Below, one piece after another: positions 38,001 to 51,887 of a stretch of 64,000 nt of DNA. Source of the DNA: Podarcis bocagei (Eukaryota); assembly GCA_964188305.1 (NCBI GenBank), contig OZ076885.1. One strand, written 5' to 3'. The position numbers and the translations under genes are program-made. The notes beneath the pieces were generated by a model that was not told where the DNA came from, did not search any database, and saw only the letters and a program-made list of their open reading frames with translations. Position 1 is the first letter of the stretch, and each line of letters starts with the position of its first letter.

Positions 38001-41000
38001 GCAACTCAGAACTGGAGATAAGGGCAGAAAGTTAGCCACCCCCAGAAACGCAATGAGCCATGCTCCTGTCACAGGAGGGTAACAGTATGCACAGAGGCCT
38101 CTTTACGAGGCAGATGTCTACGCCCATGGCAACAGATAGCACTACGGTTTCCACAGATAAGAGAGGCATCTCACATATTATATTCCACTTTGTTTTAAAG
38201 CCAGGATCTCAAAAAAATGTCCTGTTCTTCCAAAGCACACCCTAGCCACCTTGCAAATGAGGAGAGTGTGCCTGAATATTACAATCACTGTGGCATGAAA
38301 TGCGTGACGCCCCCTTCAAAAGTCTAAGCAATTATTTAAAATGGTATCTTTCATTAAAATTATTAAATCTGAATTGTAAAAGGAGGGGGGAATTGGTGAG
38401 GAAAAGCCACCTAGTCGTAGAGTGTGCAAATCATGTGGTCTGAGTGCTTCACAACCTATTTTTCTCCATTTAGATAAACTTGGGCCACAAACGCTTACTT
38501 TCTCAGCGAAATTCAAGGATTAGTATAGGTATATTTTTTATTTAAAAAATGTTTTATTCTGCATTTATTTCTGCTGCAACAGGGAGGATTGGCGCCTCTA
38601 GTTTGTAAAAGTACAACATGGTTTTCATTGAGGGAGAGATTACCCAAGTTAATTATTATAAAAACTATTGCTTTCACCTCACTGAGAACAGGGGATGTTG
38701 CTGAACATGTGCTGCCTACAGCCCATGGAAGGTTAGTGGGAAATGGCTATGTTGAAAGCCAAGTCGTTTTTAGTTATCCTCCTCTAAGAATGCCGCCATG
38801 GTTAAAGAGCCTTGTCAAGGAAGCAGCTAGACTGGAGGCAATGAGAGAGAATTCCTTCAGCAAAATAAAGTCATGCCAAAGTGAGAACAATGAATAATAT
38901 AGTGATGGGGCGGGGGGGGGGAGAGAAACTTCTGTCTCTACTTTCTCCACACCACACGTAATTTATAAACCTCTATCCTGTCCCCTCAAAAATTATTTCT
39001 AAGTGCAGTGGCTCCATCCTTTAACGAACTGGATTTCCCTTTTCTGCACCTTCTTCTCGCTTTTTTGGAGATGAGGCAACCAGAACTTTGCATAGTATTC
39101 CAAATGCTGTACAGCTACACCATGCATTTATATAAAGGCATTACAATAACACACATGGGTAGCTTGTAGGCTGTGGGCCTTCAGTGCAACCTTGTCTTCC
39201 ACACACTGCCAAAATTATACCGGAACTCAAATGGAGTATGAGATTCAGGACACAATCCAAAGTGATTCCTTACTTGGTGCAGAGTTAAAATTACAGAATT
39301 TGCTTCCACATGTTGTGGTGATGGTCTCCAATTTAGAAGGCTGTAGAAAGGCAATAGAAAAATCCACGAAAGAGAAGGCTATCAGTGGCTGCTCCAAGAC
39401 AGCTAATGTATACTACCTCCAAGAGGAAGCATGTTCTGCTTCTTCATCTCAGAGCCTGCTTAACCGCTTATCCTGGTAGACCACAATGGGGGAAAGGATA
39501 CTGGGCGAGACATGCCTTTGGCCTCTTTGTATGTTCCTTTGGAGCAATAAATATATATATATATTTCCCCTACTCCCCTTATATATGCACAGGGAAGGAA
39601 CGCAGATAAATTACCTTCTGCGAGACCTTGAAAAGGCAGCCCTCAGCAATGATGCTGTGCGTGGGCATCCTAGGCCATGCAAGGGCAGCCTCCCTCTAAC
39701 GCCACAGCTGGCTTGAATGTAAATCACTGGCCCTTTCTCTCCACATTGCTCTCATGAAGCCAGATAATCATCTCATTTTATTTGGTACCACAGACAAGAA
39801 AGGCCCTTCCCTCTCTCCCCAAAATGGGGCCAAATAGGAGATACAGGCTGCATAGAAACCCAGGGGCGGGGCCTTCTTGAGAGTAGGCAATTCCCGGAAT
39901 CTGTCTGACTGCTTGCCAGTTCTCTATCACCTTTGTGGAATGCAGGGAGGATCTGCAGCTGTTTCTCTCCCCCACCCCTTGAACGTTTGTCTCTCCTTCA
40001 CCCTGGAAGCTGCGTTCATTTGCTTCTTGCTCTCACCTTATGTGGCTGCCATAGCTTCCCAGGCACATCTTAGCTGGTCACCAAGAGTTTGCCAGTTATC
40101 CTGCCTCTGAGCTCTCCGATTCATGCCGTTCAAGGCTCTCTTATCCATATAACAATCACAGAATTGGAGGAGAGCACAAAGGTCATCTAGCCCAACCCCC
40201 TGCAATGCAGGAATCTTTTGCCCATGATCCTGAAATTGAGAGTCTCGTGCTCTCCCAACTGAGCTATCCTGCACTGTCTTTGGGCTCAAAATCAGTGCCC
40301 AAGGCATCTTAAAACCATTAAAAACAACCTTGTTTAAAGTCCCTCCATCCCTGTCACTTTTGTTTCCTCTATCTCTCATGCTTCCCACGTCTAACAATCT
40401 TTGCTTGATTACATTCCCCGTGTCCCTGCCAAACCCTTTTTCAATGCCACTTCTAGCTGCTCTTTTCTTACCATTCACTCTATCCACGTTCCTGCCCCTC
40501 CAATCTCTGTCCCTCTCTCTAGCACATTTCCTCTGTGAATCCCACCTCTCCTCCCAGTCAAACCAAGCTATACATAGGTGGAAAAAGTTATTGTTGTGGC
40601 CACAGAGCTGGGCCCTGCTACCATTCCCAGAAATCATTCCAAGCCCACTTTTTGGGATGTGTAATCTAAAATGTACATTGGTGAAGCTGTTCTGATGAAG
40701 ATAGGCAACTATATTTGCATGCATTGGCCACTCCTGGTTACCAGTGTCTCCTCCTCTCTCTTTATTGACTTTCCACCATTACAATTCTCACCTAGATTCA
40801 GACTGTAAGCTCCTCAAGGTAAGAGCTTATGGGTGGCATCCAATGGTGTCCTGTTGGCTTCCCATGAGCATCTGGTTGGCCACTGTGAGAACAGGGCGCC
40901 AGACTAGATGGGCCACATTTTTATGTTCTTATTTTGTCTGCCCACTTCCAGTTTATTTTATCTCCAGCCCTCTGGTGTAGATTTTGGGGCTGTGTGATGG

Positions 41001-41697
41001 ACTGCAAAGGGGGTGGGGTGGAAGGAGGAGCCCCACTGCAGGAGCGGGCACCTGCTTGTGCCACATAGGACTCTCCCCTGGGTAATTGGCTTATGTTAGC
41101 CTACAAAATGCCATGCATACACTTGCTGACCATCATCATTCAGCATAACATGGCTTTAGCTAAGAGATGCTGCCTTTATCTTTAAGTAGTCTAGACTAGA
41201 CTAAACCCCAACAGATATTAGACCAATGAAAAGATATCACACCACTTTGTATGCTTCTTTCATATTCATCTTTGATGCACGCATCATGGTTATTAGTTCC
41301 TTCCTTAAACTTCTGATTGCCTTTGCTTTGCCAGTGCACTCCAACCTGTTTGCTACTTTCTCTGTGTACTCCTTTTCACCTTATCATTTATCTGTTTGGA
41401 AAAGGTATATGCTCTCTCCATTATCAGTCAGTTTCCCAAGCCTACATTTCCTCACCTATTGTTTGTTTCCATCCCTTTGTTTTGGCTTCTACAGTTAGAG
41501 TTCTTTGAATTTTGCAGTCTTCTCACTCGGGGTGTTTCCAGAAGCCAAAAGATATATTATTTTATTTTGCTGCACAAGCATCAACATGGACTGCCTTCTT
41601 AAGAGGGGTCACCTTTGCTGATGAAACCTAACTCCCCTCTCCCTAAAACTTGAGTGCCTGCTCCTGGGGAAACCACTCTTACCCTTTCCCTCTAAAC

Positions 41698-41885
41698 CAG
41701 GGGTAGTCAACCTTTCTATACCTACCACCCACTAATGCATCTTTCTTGGTGGTAAGAATTTCCTTACTGCCCACCAGTGCTCAATGGTAGGAGTGATTCA
41801 GCTTGTGCTGTAGAACCCCCTACCGCCCACCTAGAATCCTGAAATGCCCACTAGTGGGCGGTAGGGACCAGGTTGACAACCCCTG
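41698..41885. mobile_element. hAT (Charlie-like) MITE
   Basis: TIR CAGGGGTAGTCAACC / GGTTGACAACCCCTG with a perfect 8-bp TSD CTCTAAAC. Confidence 0.92.
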
Positions 41886-42563
41886 CTCTAAACAGACAAT
41901 AGGACAGCATTTTTAAAAAGGCAATTGTCAAAAGGTGTCCAGGTAATGGAGAGGCGCAAATGCTATCACTTCGTGCCACACTTCCGAAAGTATAAAAATG
42001 ACTAAAACCCAGCAATTTCTACAAAAACCAGGATGACACCTGAGGAAATGTCAACGATGCAATAATTTGAGAGAAGTGTCATTGAGATTTCAGAAATCAA
42101 TGAACAAGCGAACAGTGTTGATGGAGGAGCAAAAAGGCTAGTGTGCCTTTTCTGTTTTTTTATCAGTTGATAATACACCCATTCAAGATAGCCTTCCACA
42201 ACTGATTGTCTTGTTTCTGATTGCTGCAGTTTTATTAGTCACATCTTCCTCATTTCTTTCTTTCCCTTTCTGTGTTTTTCTGTTCCAATTGTACAGCAAT
42301 GGCTACAGAAAATGTCTTTTAAATGTACTTTGTAGAGCACCTAATAACTGTAAGTGCTTAGTAAACAATATTGAAATTTTACTATTGTTAAAATGGTTTA
42401 AAGTGGCAATTTAAAGAGGTTCAAAGTTGCGAGGCTTTTCTTGCATGCTATATACACCAGCCTCCAGCTCCTTGTGCTACTCTTGAGCAAATATGAAGGT
42501 AAATCAGCTCCATTTCTCTGAGCCGGCATGCAGAGGAGTGTACACAGGCATCATCTCTACTCA

Positions 42564-42713
<150 letters not shown>

Positions 42714-43072
42714 TTACAAAACTGTGTATTTACACCTCATGCAAATAAGCCCTCCTGCTACAAGGGAAATATTCATTCTTGTCCGACGTCCCCATGGCTT
42801 TCCCACCATGCAAAACATCCCATCTTGGTTTTTGTAACCAAGGAAAGGAAAATGTTTTTCGTTCTCTGCTCTTTTCAACTTTGGGGAACTGCCTCCACAC
42901 ATTCTGTTTGGTATGAAACAGCACATTCTCCCTAGAGACACATGGCTCACACCTTCCTCATTTCTTCCTCATGGCCCCCATTCCTCAGTTTCTCCTCCCA
43001 TGCACCCACTCTATAGAACTCTTCCCCTTTTGGAACACGGATAACATATGACAATACTACTGGAGACTGTAC

Positions 43073-43245
43073 CTGGTGAGAGCGCCCCCTGCTGATGCCA
43101 AGGAGGTGTTTGGGCTCTGTCAGGGTTGAGAGGCACAGACCCTGTCCCTGGCTCCTGCTTTATCATCCCATTAAGCATCTGGGCATTGAGAGTATTTGGG
43201 GGTGACTCTGAGTGTTTCCTCTTCTTGGCAGGGTGCACTGGAAGT
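43073..43245 (-). CDS. MYRF: MYRF exon 6 (KKRK NLS, IKQE SUMO motif)
   Basis: [33 protein letters not shown]...ALSP; 173 nt. Confidence 0.93.
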
Positions 43246-43317
43246 CTGTGGGGGCCAAACACAGAAAAGAGACAGTGAGAACATTCCAACTTCACATAAC
43301 CCATAAAAATGTAAATA

Positions 43318-43568
43318 CAGTGGTACCTCCGCTGTCAACGGGATCCGTTCCGGAACCCTGTTTGCAACCTGAAAGGAACGCAACCCGCGTCTGCGCACGC
43401 GCAGGTCGCAATTCACCGCTTCTGCGCATGCGTTTGACGTCATTTTGCACGTCTGCACATGTGCGAATGACGAAACCCAGAAGTAACCCTTTCTGGTACT
43501 TCTGGGTCGCCTCAGGACGCAACCTGAAAAGACGTAACCCGAACCGAATGTAACAAGAGGTATGACTG
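43318..43568. mobile_element. Tc1/mariner-type MITE (CpG-rich subfamily) abutting the family A copy
   Basis: TA-CAGTGGTACCTC...GAGGTATGACTG-TA. Confidence 0.85.
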
Positions 43569-43570
43569 TA

Positions 43571-43812
43571 CAGTGGTACCTCGGGTTAAGTACTTAACTC
43601 GTTCCGAAGGTCCGTTCTTAACCTGAAACTGTTCTTAACCTGAAGCACCACTTTAGCTAATGGGGCCTCCTGCTGCCGCCGCGCCACCAGAGCATGATTT
43701 CTGTTCTCATCCTGAAGCAAAGTTCTTAACCCGAGGTACTATTTCTGGGATAGCAGAGTCTGTAACCTTTAGCGTATGTAACCTGAAGCGTATGTAACCC
43801 GAGGTACTACTG
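43571..43812. mobile_element. Tc1/mariner-type MITE family A
   Basis: TIR CAGTGGTACCTCGGGTTA, TA on both sides, 242 bp. Confidence 0.92.
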
Positions 43813-45822
43813 TATATATGGGGGGGGGGAGGATTCCACAGGGTACAGGAGGTGAGCATCAGCCAAGCTCTCACATAATTCTGTAGGTATACAAAGAGTC
43901 GCTCAAAAATTGTTGTCTGGTGCTGAAATAGAGGCATATTCTAAACCTGTACATTCCCTCCCTCTGTCCTCACCTGACCCAAGAGGGAAAGAAACAATTG
44001 GCAGGTTTCTTCTTAGGTGACTGAGGGGGTGTATCTGTGTCTAGGTTGTGCCAGACTTGAGAATGAAGCTATGGACACATGTGACTGAACCCTCCTCCAT
44101 ACAAATGTTGTTGTTGTTGTTTTAATCCCTGCACATAGAAAACTAGAATACTGTGAGTTATTCCTGGTGAGTGGAACTCACAACTGGGTTGCAGACTGAC
44201 CTAGGCGCGTCTCACCAACAACACATTACCATTCACAGAATCAAAGAATGCTATAGTCATCTAGTCCAACCCCTGGCAATGTTTGTACACATCTACGGTA
44301 AAAATCAATAAATGGATCTCATAATGCACATTTTGGATAAAGGTGGATCTTAGGTCTGAACTGGATAATGACTACTGAAGGCAAACATGTCTCTCCCATA
44401 TGCTAGCTTTCAGTGTGCAGGTATTTGTTATGCACGGAGAAGCATTTTAATGATTTAAGCCCCACCAACAGTTTTATGTATGCCCCGTTTTCAGAAAAAA
44501 CAGCTTCCCCACCCCACCCCACCCCACTGGCCCCACACACACAACCATGTTTCCCTCATCCCCCAGTTAGTTACAAATGCACGTTCAGATTGTAGAAGCA
44601 GTATGTGGGAAGGGCTAAGTAATCCCTCAGTCCCTCTCTCTACCAAACTCCTCCTCCTCAAACCTGCTCTTGAAGTAAGGTGAGCCATTCGAGGAGTGTT
44701 ACATGCATTTGTGTGTTTTTTCTAGGTCAGCCACAATTGACAAATGTGATAAATAATTAAAAGAGCTTATGTACTTGGTATGCATGCTGAAGGCACTAAT
44801 CTCTTTAATTTAAAAGGGTGTGTGTGTGTGTGTGTTACTACCATTGCAATAGTTGTTATGCATTATCGAAACAAAAACAATCTTTAAAATCACTTTTTAC
44901 AAAAGCAGTGCAATCCTGAATATATTTTCAAACCTTGTCAGGGACTTTGCCTCCAGCTATTAAATCTGAAATCACACCCCCGTGGATCTAGATGCATTAG
45001 TGCTGGGATTATGCTCTCCATTACCCCCAGTAATGATATTAATGATATGCTTAAATGTTGAATGTGTAATTTTATGTCTAGCGTCAATGGATAAAACAAA
45101 CACCATTAGTTGTACTGCTGGATAAGTGTTTAATGGTTCTTGTATTTGTTTAAAAACAAATTAAAAAATTGTTGCCACACACACACACACACACACAATC
45201 GTCCCCTGATAAACAGTCCTGTAAGGGGCACATGAGATTTCCAACAGAAGTCTCAGCAATCTTAACGAACAACAATTTGAATGAATCGTCAGTGGAAGAA
45301 AGGGCAAAGCTCTGCTTGTGGTATAGCTTTGCCTTTTGTATTTTTTCAGAACGCCAAGAGAACTTGGCTCAATTCTCATTTTGCTGCTCACTCTTTTCAA
45401 ACTGCACCTCAACAGCATATCATCATAGGCCCCTGACCTACCATATTAGTCCCTGTGACTATTATTGGGCCTCTTGCTATACATGTAATTCAATAGCAAA
45501 CTCTGCACATTTCTCAATTACTTTAGCTATATTTATTACATTTATATCACGCTGTTGCTGAAAAGGAGCTCAAGATTTTGTACTTGGTTCTCCCCATCCC
45601 GATTTTATTTTCACAACAACCCTGTGATCCAGGGTAGGATAGGAGAGAGTGACTAACCCAGGCCACCCAGTGAACTCTACGGCTGAGCGTGCATTTGAAC
45701 CTTGGTCTCCCATGTCCAACACTCGAACCACAAATGTCTACTGGGATCATAACAAGTCTCAGGGGCTCAAGTAATGCTTCTACTCCCTCCCTATCTCATC
45801 CATCGTTTCCCCGAGGACTTAC

Positions 45823-46150
45823 TCTGCTCCATGCTGCTGCAGTAGCTGGTGAAGCATCTGTGACTGCTGGGCATGGTGGAGATCTCCAGGTGACATGCCT
45901 TGTCCAATAGTGAACTGGGGCATCAGAGACTCAGCCTTCATGTACATGTCCCGCTGCATGCTGGGATAGTGATGGCTGTGCGGCTGCTGGTGTGGGTGAG
46001 GCGGTGGTGGTGGTGGTGGAGGCGGCCCTTGGAGGTGGGATGGTGGAGGGGGTGGCGGTGGCGGTGGAGGAGGGGGTGGGTGCTCCAGGCGGGAAGGGGG
46101 AGTTATATGACACATATTCTCAGGAGTCATGGTTCGAAGGAGGTGAGGAT
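45823..46150 (-). CDS. MYRF: MYRF exon 5 (polyproline)
   Basis: [25 protein letters not shown]12-SHLQG-P8...[12 protein letters not shown]; 328 nt. Confidence 0.95.
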
Positions 46151-47073
46151 CTAAAAAGACAGAAAGTCAGTAGATTAATTTGTGGCACACGTATAGCCAG
46201 ATTATGCTACAGAAAAACACCCCAGTCTCATTGAACATTCCTCTAGCCTTGGGCAGCCATTCCAGCTGTGTGTTCTGAATGAATACAGTATAAGGCCGCA
46301 GACATGGATGGCCTTAGGGAGATATTCCAGCCCATTTCCTTACATTTTCAGCACTCACTGACACAATAGTACATCTCGAGCCACTTTACTTGGGAGATAC
46401 ATGGTAAAACATGTAGGCAGCATTACTTCTATTTCATTGTATAGTGAGTAATAAGCTCTCTTTCAGTGAGCTGGAACGACGGGCAAACCTTTGACACTTT
46501 AAATGCGTATCTTGAAATTTCAACTCATTTAAAATTACTAAGATCATATTTTTTTTAAAAAAAGAATTAATTGCTAAATGTATAACCAAAGGGCAGCACC
46601 GCAAACAGAAACAAATGAGTAATCCAGCAAATACAGGAGAATGACTTCCTGCCCTCCTAAAAATCCAAATGATAAAAATCTGAATCTCCATGCGTAAAGG
46701 CTCTTTTTCAGCAAGCAGGTAAATTCATTCAAGAAATTTTATGATACTGAGCGCCAAACACACACAAAAAGCTGTTATGTGACTAGTCTGGTATATTATA
46801 AATGAGAGGTGAAGGGAAGCGGATGCTCTGTATGTTCTCTGTATTTCATGATATATATTTCCAGGCTCACATCAGGAACACTAATCTTGTTGGGACATTC
46901 GCCACGTTAAAGGTGAGCCTTCAAATGCTTTTTCCTTTACATACTCAGAAGTTTGCCTGTTCTTCAGGCTTCTCATAGTACCACTGTTATTATGTGGAGG
47001 TAGGACAAAGAGATTCTTATATAACTAGCTGGCAAAGTTCTTAAAAGTCTCAGGGTGCTGTTCTCCTAGCACG

Positions 47074-47242
47074 TCCTGTCAGCGCAAGGATTTCTGCTTG
47101 TGCAAGGGGACATTTCCCCACCCTGCTCTACGTACCCTGCAGCCTTCCCAAACCTGGTCCTAGAACAGATTTAGGGACGTACAAAGGGGAGAAAGGGAGA
47201 GACTGTTCCCTTGCCCAAGCAAAAATCCTTGCCCTGGCAGAA
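47074..47242. repeat. Palindromic element with ~39-bp imperfect inverted arms
   Basis: 47074-47112 is the reverse complement of 47204-47242 with about 6 mismatches. Confidence 0.65.
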
Positions 47243-50200
47243 CATCCCCCTTAGAGTTACGTCAGTTTCCACCCTCAGCAGGCACACATTCAAAGCAGAA
47301 TGGCTCCCAAATCAGTCCTGATTCAGGGACCCTCCTTGCTGGGAGTACTAGAAGGTTTCTCTCCTGTTTTGTCTCTCCACAGGGCGAAGTCAGGCTTTCC
47401 CTTATCAGAAGGCAGTTTTCTCCCCCACAGCAAGATAGCATGGCACCCTCGCTCCATGGGAATGTCAAAGGGCATCAACACATTGAAGAAATATATGCTC
47501 TATGGTCTTGAAAGGAGCAATAACTTGACCTCAGATTACACCAGTCCATGGAGTTAAAAATAAAGAGGTTATATATCCATGCAGTTAAAAGCATTAATGG
47601 GGCAGTAGAGTCAGAATTGTTGAGTTACGTGACTAAATCTGGCTTAATTTAACAACAACCGTTGCTCAAAGCCACACAAGGACAAAACCTTTCCACCATT
47701 ATCTACCAACAGCTTTTCTGTTTCATTTCATCACTTATTCATACAGAAATATCATCACCAAAGGTTGTTAGAAATGAGTTGAGAATATATACGTTCTGAA
47801 AAGCTTGGTGTTGCTGTTCAGTGTGCCCAGCAGTCAGCCAGGTTCTCTCACCAACTTTGAGTACAAATATAGACCTATTTTGAGGGGTGAGCCCACCATG
47901 GATCTCCACCTACCCCTTTTAGGTAAGGAATGCAACTTTCCTCAGAGAACTGAGGCCAGGAGCAACCAGTTCTCCCCATTTATAGTTGAGTCCATCTGCA
48001 CAGAGTGCTGGCTGGCTGGCTCAGGAGTCAATCACAAAGTCACTGCCCACACACCAGAGCAATGATTACTTTTTTTAAAAAACAATAATAATTTTTTAAA
48101 TTTTTTTTTTAAAGGCAGCAAATTATCGGATAAAAGAAGCCACCCCCTGAATTATTATTTTTTAAAGCCACTACTGAAACCCTTTCTGGATTGGTGCTGG
48201 ATTCAGAGATAGCTACATGTGTCACTGGAGAAGTGAAGGGGGCCTACAGAGCAGAGATCGAATCACCCCACTACCTCCTGTAGGTAGGTATCTCTGTAGG
48301 CACCCAAGATTCAGATTTGTCTAGTGAAGGCCTCATCGTGAACTACCACTGGAAAGACACAAAGAATGCTGGTGAAAAGTACACCACCAAACAAAGACAG
48401 AATTACAGGACTCATATGGAATGGAGGCTTATTTATGGCCTGTCTCCCAGCTTTTATATGTTTGAAATATAAACATGTTTCCAAAATGAGTTATGAAATA
48501 CCTGTTTCATTTCAAAACCTTCTTGTGCAGAAGACATTTCAGTGACTTTGGGGGAAATTACTGTTTTTAATAATACACACAAATCACATCACATGTGGTG
48601 GGGGGGGGGGCGGGTTAAAGACAAGACCACAGCAAACTCTCCTTGCTGGGCTTTTATTGATTTCATGCAGAAAGGGTGGCATGGAAGCCTACAGTACATG
48701 CAAAGATTTTACATATCTAGGAACAGGCTGTAGGACATTCACGAAAGCCCTTGACTCAAGTTCACATCCCTCCTTAGTACAACAAAACAGAAGTTTACTT
48801 AACTTTGAAGCCTGATTTAAAGTTAAGAATGTAGGGCTCTGGTTTGTCAGGGTATAGGGGTAGCTTTTTAAATTAGCTCTCCTTTGTATCTCAGCCAAAG
48901 GCAGGATAAAACTGCTCTTGAACCTCTAAAAGTTATAGTAAAATGGAATGGAACTTCACACAAAGACAAAATTATCTCATAGAACTCAGTACTACAAGTT
49001 GTGTTGACGGCCACCATTGGTCAATGAACTAGACTACAAACTATTATAATTTTCATTTTTGAAAAATGTCAGGCTTTACATTTTGCTTTGGTGAGACTAC
49101 AGAAGCCAGTATCAAATGTTTGACATTCACAGGTTAAAAACTGGCTGGGGCAACTGTTATGGCAGAATGAATATGCAAGCAAGTTGTGGAAAAATATGTT
49201 CTTGAAAGCCATATCTTATCTTCCACTTGTAAAAGGCTGACTTGGCTTCCAAATACACCTTGAAACAATGGAGGATTTTTTGAAAACCATGAGACCACAG
49301 AGGCAAGAATATATATATACTGGCACTCTGCATATGCACCAGGACTCAGTCAGATCCTGCCCCCTACAACGCCTGAGGTTCTACCTATTCCCCTCTCCAG
49401 GATAATGAGAGCAGGATGAAACCGTTCAGACTCCCTCTTCTGCTGCCTTGGTGGTGAGGGAAAGCAGTTCACTCTGTGGCAAGTAATCTGGCCTCTTCGC
49501 TATATTTAAAGAAGGGCCAGGAGGAATTCCAGGGATTTTTGTAGTGAGATAAACAGAACTCTTGACCTCTTCCATGGAGAAAGGAGAAGTAGCTGCTTCC
49601 ACTATGAACAGGGCTGAGGTTTTAAAAGAAGGGGCCAGTGGGGAAACATCAGAAAATTCCCGTCAACACACCAACGTATACTCCACCCAATTCTTCTCCC
49701 TCTGCTGCTAATTCTCCGGCGTATGAATCTAAATCTCCTGAGAGGAATCTCATTATGGGATGGCAAATGTAGGTAGTGGAGAAAGATTCTACCCTCCCAC
49801 TTCCCTCTCTTAACTTTTATAAAGCTTGGAGAAGGGCAGAGAAAGACTGAGTTTGCTTAACAAGTGGGGGGTGGGGGGTGGGGGACAACACAGACCCAGC
49901 CTCCATCGTGTATCTAAGATTTCTCTGCCTGACACAGGAAACAGAGGAGAGTCTCCCTGTACCAATCGGAACTAGGAAAAAGGTGGCAGGAGGCTCAGAG
50001 CGTACTTACCGTCTAATAGCAAGCTCATGGCAATTTCCTTGCTTTGGTCTTCATTACTGGAATAGGCTTGTTTTTACACAATTCTCCAGAAGTCAACATC
50101 TGACAGCACCGCCATCCACAAAACAAGGCTCAAACACTCCATTTTCACTTCTTCACTAGGCAGAAGTCAACAGTTTCCCCATTTTCCTCTTTCAAAAGGT

Positions 50201-50448
50201 AGGTTTACATCTTCCTCTCCCCACACACCTCTTTGTGCTCCTGCTCCTCCCCTCCTCCCCCACTCTTTCCAAAGGGTAGCAGGAAAACAATAGGCGTAAG
50301 TCTAGGAATATTTACTAACTGATAATCTCTTCACGTATTGCAGCAGTCTGTTTTTCCCCTGTCCGATAAAGATTTCAGAGCCAACCACTTTTGCCAACCA
50401 AAGAAGGGGGGGACGCCGGTGTGTTTGGGCTTGAATCTGAGCACTTAC

Positions 50449-50510
50449 CATTCACCTGCTGGGGGGAGTATGCCTCTGATCCAGAGTCCGGGGGAGAGTC
50501 GGGTAAAGTG
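50449..50510 (-). CDS. MYRF: MYRF exon 4 (phosphodegron-like TLPDSPPDS)
   Basis: TLPDSPPDSGSEAYSPQQVN; 62 nt; cag|...|gtaagt. Confidence 0.95.
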
Positions 50511-51574
50511 CTGAAGAGCAATGGAGGAAAAAATAGAGGGAAAGGTCAAACAAGCGTCTTGAGAAATTGATAAGGTGAAAGAATGCAAAATATCCTTCAA
50601 ACCTTGGGGAGAAGCAACAATTCCATGGATAACCCCACTGCCTGCAGCACCCTCAGCTGGTAGAGATTAACAATGGACTTGACAAGCATTTTTCTGGAAT
50701 TGTTCGCCAATACAAATCCTCCTGAGACTGAAGTCAGTCAGTGTGACCTCCTACAGACAGGTCTTCCTGCACAAATTCTCCCTCCAGCGAAAGACCCAAC
50801 CACTGGCCACTCCCCAAAATGCCAGGAAGCCCACCATGTCTAGCCCCCTTAACTACTCACTACAGCACCTCCCTATTAAAGAGTTTGCGACTGTTTAAAC
50901 TAGTATTATTTCACACCCAGCCTATGCTATTCTCACAGTGAGCCCTTTGATTTTATTCATAGGCATCTAACTTCATGGCCATTTTGTTGATCTCCTAATA
51001 AGACTCCTCTCTTCGCTCAGCAGCTTTTGCTCAGCTAAAAGAAGCCAAAACAGAAATCTATCTGTTCCCCAGAAAAAGATCATTAACAGATACAGAGGAG
51101 GCTTTTGGGGAATCTGGCTCTGTTACAAAAACTGACCCATCCGAAGAAAAAGCCATGAGTCTAAGGGCCAGATTATCCCATCATCAAGTATACCTGAGGC
51201 TACATGTGGAGCCCCTGGACTGAAATTGACAAAGCTAGCCCGAAGCAGGCAAAAGAAAAGGGTCTGGCCACAGCCACTGCAAAGTAAACCAAAACATTCT
51301 ATTTAACGACAAGAAAGAATTCTGAGTTTAGAGTTTTTGTTGCTGGTTAGCTTTCTGTCAGAGAATAAGGCACTTTTTATTAATGTCTGACACATTTCAG
51401 CAAAAACAGGCATTCCCCAGGGACTTTTCTACAAGAAATGGGACAACAATGAATAAACTATACTTAATCCATTGGAAATTGATTAAGAAGTGCAATAATC
51501 CTCAAGATATTGAAATTAGTTCTCCTTTTCAGTCTTTTACATTAGATGAGTCCCATTTTGTTAACTTCCTGTGT

Positions 51575-51887
51575 AGCATGTAGTATAAACACCAACAATT
51601 GGGAAACACTTGCCTGCGAGCGCTCCAATTGGAGAACAGCCTTTACCAAAGGTGTCATGGGCTTTGAAGACACTCAAACTCAGGACGCAAGGGAGAAACA
51701 TGCTAAGAGGAAGGCACCCTTGGCAAATCCACACCGTGATCAATTTCCACCCGGAAACCAATGTCCCCACTGTGGAAGGACGTGTGGATCCAGAACTGGC
51801 CTCCACAGTCACTTACAGACACATTGTTAAAACCGTGTTTATGGAAGACAATCTTACTTGGCTACGACTGATCACCAAAGAAGAAGA
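51575..51887 (+). mobile_element. RTE-clade LINE 3' fragment with C-terminal C2H2-like motif
   Basis: NWETLACERSNWR...CPHCGRTCGSRTGLHSHLQTH* followed by a short UTR and (GAA)n tail. Confidence 0.8.

Noticed and set aside
39615-39668. MPTHSIIAEGCLFKVSQK|gtaatt mini-ORF with donor in intron 7
   Set aside because: Phase 0 does not fit exon 8 (phase 2); no other support.
40038-40724. 228-aa minus-strand ORF, the longest in the track
   Set aside because: Overlaps a CR1-type tail and purine-rich low-complexity sequence; no domain and no compatible splice sites identified.
51546-51830. C2H2-like zinc-finger ORF as a host gene
   Set aside because: It matches the C-terminus of an RTE LINE ORF, followed by a (GAA)n tail.
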